64,000 nucleotides of DNA, from NCBI GenBank assembly GCA_046056395.1, contig CM100124.1, forward strand, positions 623,968 to 687,967, read 5' to 3'. The position numbers and the translations under genes were made by a program. The stretch is from Mugilogobius chulae (taxonomy: Eukaryota). The stretch's first letter is position 1. Each line of letters starts with the position of its first letter. The notes under the pieces were generated by a model. The model made no database searches. It saw nothing but the letters and a program-made list of their open reading frames with translations, and was not told the origin of the DNA. Below, piece by piece: positions 61,350-64,000 of this stretch.

Positions 61350-62735
61350 CGACATGTGAGATAGAATCAGATGTGCAGCTTGTGTAGATGTACCTGTGCA
61401 GGTTGTGTAGATGTACTTGTGCAGGTTTTGTAGATGTAGTTGTGCAGCTTGTTTAGATGTACTTGTGCAGCTTGTGTAGATGTACTTGTGCAGCTTGTGT
61501 AGATGTACTTGTGCAGGTTGTGTAGATGTACCTGTGCAACTTGTGTAGATGTACCTGTGCAACTTGTGTAGATGTACCTGTGCAACTTGTGTAGATGTAC
61601 TTTTGCAGGTTGTGTAGATGTACCTGTGCAGCTTGTGTAGATGTACTTTTGCAGGTTGTGTAGATGTAGTTGTGCAGCTTGTGTAGATGTACTTGTGCAG
61701 CTTGTGTAGATGTACTTGTGCAGCTTGTGTAGATGTACTTGTGCAGCTGTGTAGATGTACTTGTGCAGGTTTTGTAGATGTACCTGTGCAGGTTGTGTAG
61801 ATGTACCTGTGCAGGTTGTGTAGATGTACCTGTGCAGGTTTTGTAGATGTACTTGTGTAGCTTGTGTAGATGTACTTGTGCAGCTTGTGTAGATGTACCT
61901 GTGCAACTTGTGTAGATGTACTTTTGCAGGTTTTGTAGATGTACCTGTGCAGGTTGTGTAGATGTACCTGTGCAGGTTTTGTAGATGTACCTGTGCAGGT
62001 TTTGTAGATGTACTTGTGTAGCTTGTGTAGATGTACCTGTGCAGCTTGTGTAGATGTACTTGTGCAACTTGTGTAGATGTACTTTTGCAGGTTGTGTAGA
62101 TGTACCTGTGCAGGTTGTGTAGATGTACCTGTGCAGGTTTTGTAGATGTACTTGTGCAGGTTTTGTAGATGTAGTTGTGCAGCTTGTGTAGATGTACCTG
62201 TGCAGCTTGTGTAGATGTACCTGTGCAGGTTTTGTAGATGTACCTGTGCAACTTGTGTAGATGTACTTTTGCAGCTTGTGTAGATGTACCTGTGCAGGTT
62301 GTGTAGATGTAGTTGTGCAGCTTGTGTAGATGTACTTGTGCAGGTTTTGTAGATGTAGTTGTGCAGCTTGTGTAGATGTACCTGTGCAGGTTGTGTAGAT
62401 GTACCTGTGCAGCTTGTGTAGATGTACTTGTGCAGCTTGTGTAGATGTACTTGTGCAGGTTGTGTAGATGTACCTGTGCAGCTTGTGTAGATGTACCTGT
62501 GCAGCTTGTGTAGATGTACTTGTGCAGCTTGTGTAGATGTACCTGTGCAGCTTGTGTAGATGTACTTGTGCAGCTTGTGTAGATGTACCTGTGCAGGTTT
62601 TGTAGATGTACCTGTGCAGCTTGTGTAGATGTACTTGTGTACCTTGTGTAGATGTACCTGTGCAGCTTGTGTAGATGTACTTGTGCAGCTTGTGTAGATG
62701 TACCTGTGCAGGTTGCGTATGTACACTCAAGGAAA
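61350..62735. repeat. Minisatellite, 30-bp unit (CTTGTGTAGATGTACCTGTGCAG[G/C]T) x ~46
   Basis: Direct tandem copies. The 460-480-aa minus-strand ORF-track ORFs (…STSTQAAQVHLHKLHKYIYTSCTG… repeats) read through this array. Confidence 0.95.
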
Positions 62736-63054
62736 AAGAAACACAACATTTTAATTTTTGAAAATTCCTTCTAAATCGATTGTAAAAACATGTTTCATCC
62801 TGATGTGAGTCCATATTGGGCTGAAGACAGACTTGACTGATTGTGAGAACCATAAAGAGTGCATTACAGGGTGGTTTATGTTTGAAACTCAGAGTTGACT
62901 TTTAGCGCTGGTTAACTGTGCTCAAGTCTTCTCTATAAAAGGCACCAGAATGAAGCCAAAAACACACGATTGTCTCCACCAGAGAGGGATGGAGCTATGG
63001 ACGCTGTTGTCTTGTGTCTCCACCGCTCTACCATTAGTCGTCTTGTTCCTCTAA

Positions 63055-63350
63055 CGACCGCCCTCGTACTGGTGGCCCCCGTGTAACCACCGCCCTCGTA
63101 CTGGTGGCCCCCGTGTAACCACCGCCCTCGTACTGGTGGCCCCCGTGTAACCACCGCCCTCGTACTGGTGGCCCCCGTGTAACGACCGCCCTCGTACTGG
63201 TGGCCCCCGTGTAACGACCGCCCTCGTACTGGTGGCCCCCGTGTAACGACCGCCCTCGTACTGGTGGCCCCCGTGTAACCACCGCCCTCATACTGGTGGC
63301 CCCCGTGTAACGACCGCCCTCGTACTGGTGGCCCCCGTGTAACGACCGCT
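63055..63350. repeat. Minisatellite, 30-bp unit (CCGCCCTCGTACTGGTGGCCCCCGTGTAAC[C/G]A) x 10
   Basis: Direct tandem copies. Confidence 0.9.
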
Positions 63351-63394
63351 GCACAAGACCAACTGCTCCCCCCGCACATCTCCGTGATAGTGTG

Positions 63395-63660
63395 TGTTCT
63401 ACCTGTGCAGGTGTGTGTTCTACCTGTGCAGGTGTGTTCTACCTGTGCAGATGTGTGTTCTACCTGTGCAGGTGTGTTCTACCTGTGCAGATGTGTGTTC
63501 TACCTGTGCAGGTGTGTGTTCTACCTGTGCAGGTGTGTTCTACCTGTGCAGATGTGTGTTCTACCTGTGCAGGTGTGTGTTCTACCTGTGCAGGTGTGTT
63601 CTACCTGTGCAGGTGTGTGTTCTACCTGTGCAGGTGTGTGTTCTACCTGTGCAGGTGACA
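63395..63660. repeat. Minisatellite, ~28-30-bp unit (CTACCTGTGCAGGTGTGTGTT) x ~10
   Basis: Direct tandem copies. Confidence 0.9.
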
Positions 63661-63734
63661 TTAACAGCAGCAGGACAGAGCGTCTCAGAGCTCTCACAGT
63701 CCTTCAGCGCTGCTTCTGCTCCGCTGCAGTGAAA

Positions 63735-63910
63735 GGACCTCCTCACAGCAGAGTCCTGAGTGAACGGCGCCCCCTGGAGCTCAGACACAGCAGAGTCCTG
63801 AGTGAACGGCGCCCCCTGGAGCTCAGACACAGCAGAGTCCTGAGTGAACGGCGCCCCCTGGAGCTCAGACACAGCAGAGTCCTGAGTGAACAGCGCCCCC
63901 TGGAGCTCAG
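63735..63910. repeat. Minisatellite, 39-bp unit (CAGAGTCCTGAGTGAACGGCGCCCCCTGGAGCTCAGACA) x 4
   Basis: Direct tandem copies. Confidence 0.85.
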
Positions 63911-64000
63911 ACACACCTCCACAGTCCAGCTCTCTGCACAGAACCTCAGCCTCCGTCCGACCAAAACCGTTTGAGCACACCGAAGTCCAGGTCTGGTCTA

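Noticed and set aside
61290-62853. Three overlapping 460-480-aa minus-strand ORFs (…STSTQAAQVHLHKLHKYIYTSCTG…)
   Set aside because: Translation of the 30-bp minisatellite, which is perfectly periodic; no start context and no domain

Overview
This window is eukaryotic nuclear DNA, not prokaryotic, and is most consistent with a teleost fish. The six-frame ORF track is largely uninformative: almost every long ORF it reports lies inside a tandem repeat.

The main content is a multi-exon major vault protein (MVP) gene on the + strand. Sixteen coding exons, from the ATG at 11595 to the TAG at 41554-41556, are recognisable by strong similarity to vertebrate MVP (…IRIPPHHYIH…, …[16 protein letters not shown]…, …RTGEEWLV…, …[10 protein letters not shown]…, …VVFGPELV…[28 protein letters not shown], …[21 protein letters not shown]…, …[17 protein letters not shown]…*). 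GT/AG boundaries and intron phases are consistent across all exons.

The introns are dominated by minisatellites:
- An 11-mer family (CTGGTTTAGAC / GTCTAAACCAG and variants) occurs in both orientations.
- Several arrays are built from the gene's own exon-intron junctions. 5' splice-site copies (exon end + GTGAG) follow exons 2, 10, 13, 16 and the stop codon. 3' splice-site copies (polypyrimidine tract + AG + first 15-25 nt of the exon) precede exons 3, 8, 11 and 15.

As assembled, the gene carries several 1-nt frame disruptions (exons 2, 4, 9, 10) relative to the conserved protein. Neighbouring tandem copies of the same segments keep the conserved frame. This is either pseudogenisation or residual indel error in a long-read assembly.

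Other content:
- several hAT-like non-autonomous elements with 8-bp target-site duplications and TAGGG…/CAGGG… terminal inverted repeats;
- other terminal-inverted-repeat elements;
- a truncated L2-like LINE on the - strand (57.05-59.86 kb);
- an Ig-domain exon plus a transmembrane exon on the - strand (56.4-56.9 kb);
- a possible signal-peptide first exon at 5401;
- CCAAT-rich candidate promoter sequence upstream of MVP;
- very large simple arrays (6 kb of a 23-mer, 3.2 kb of a 52-mer, 1.7 kb of polypyrimidine).

No CRISPR arrays, rRNA or tRNA genes were seen.
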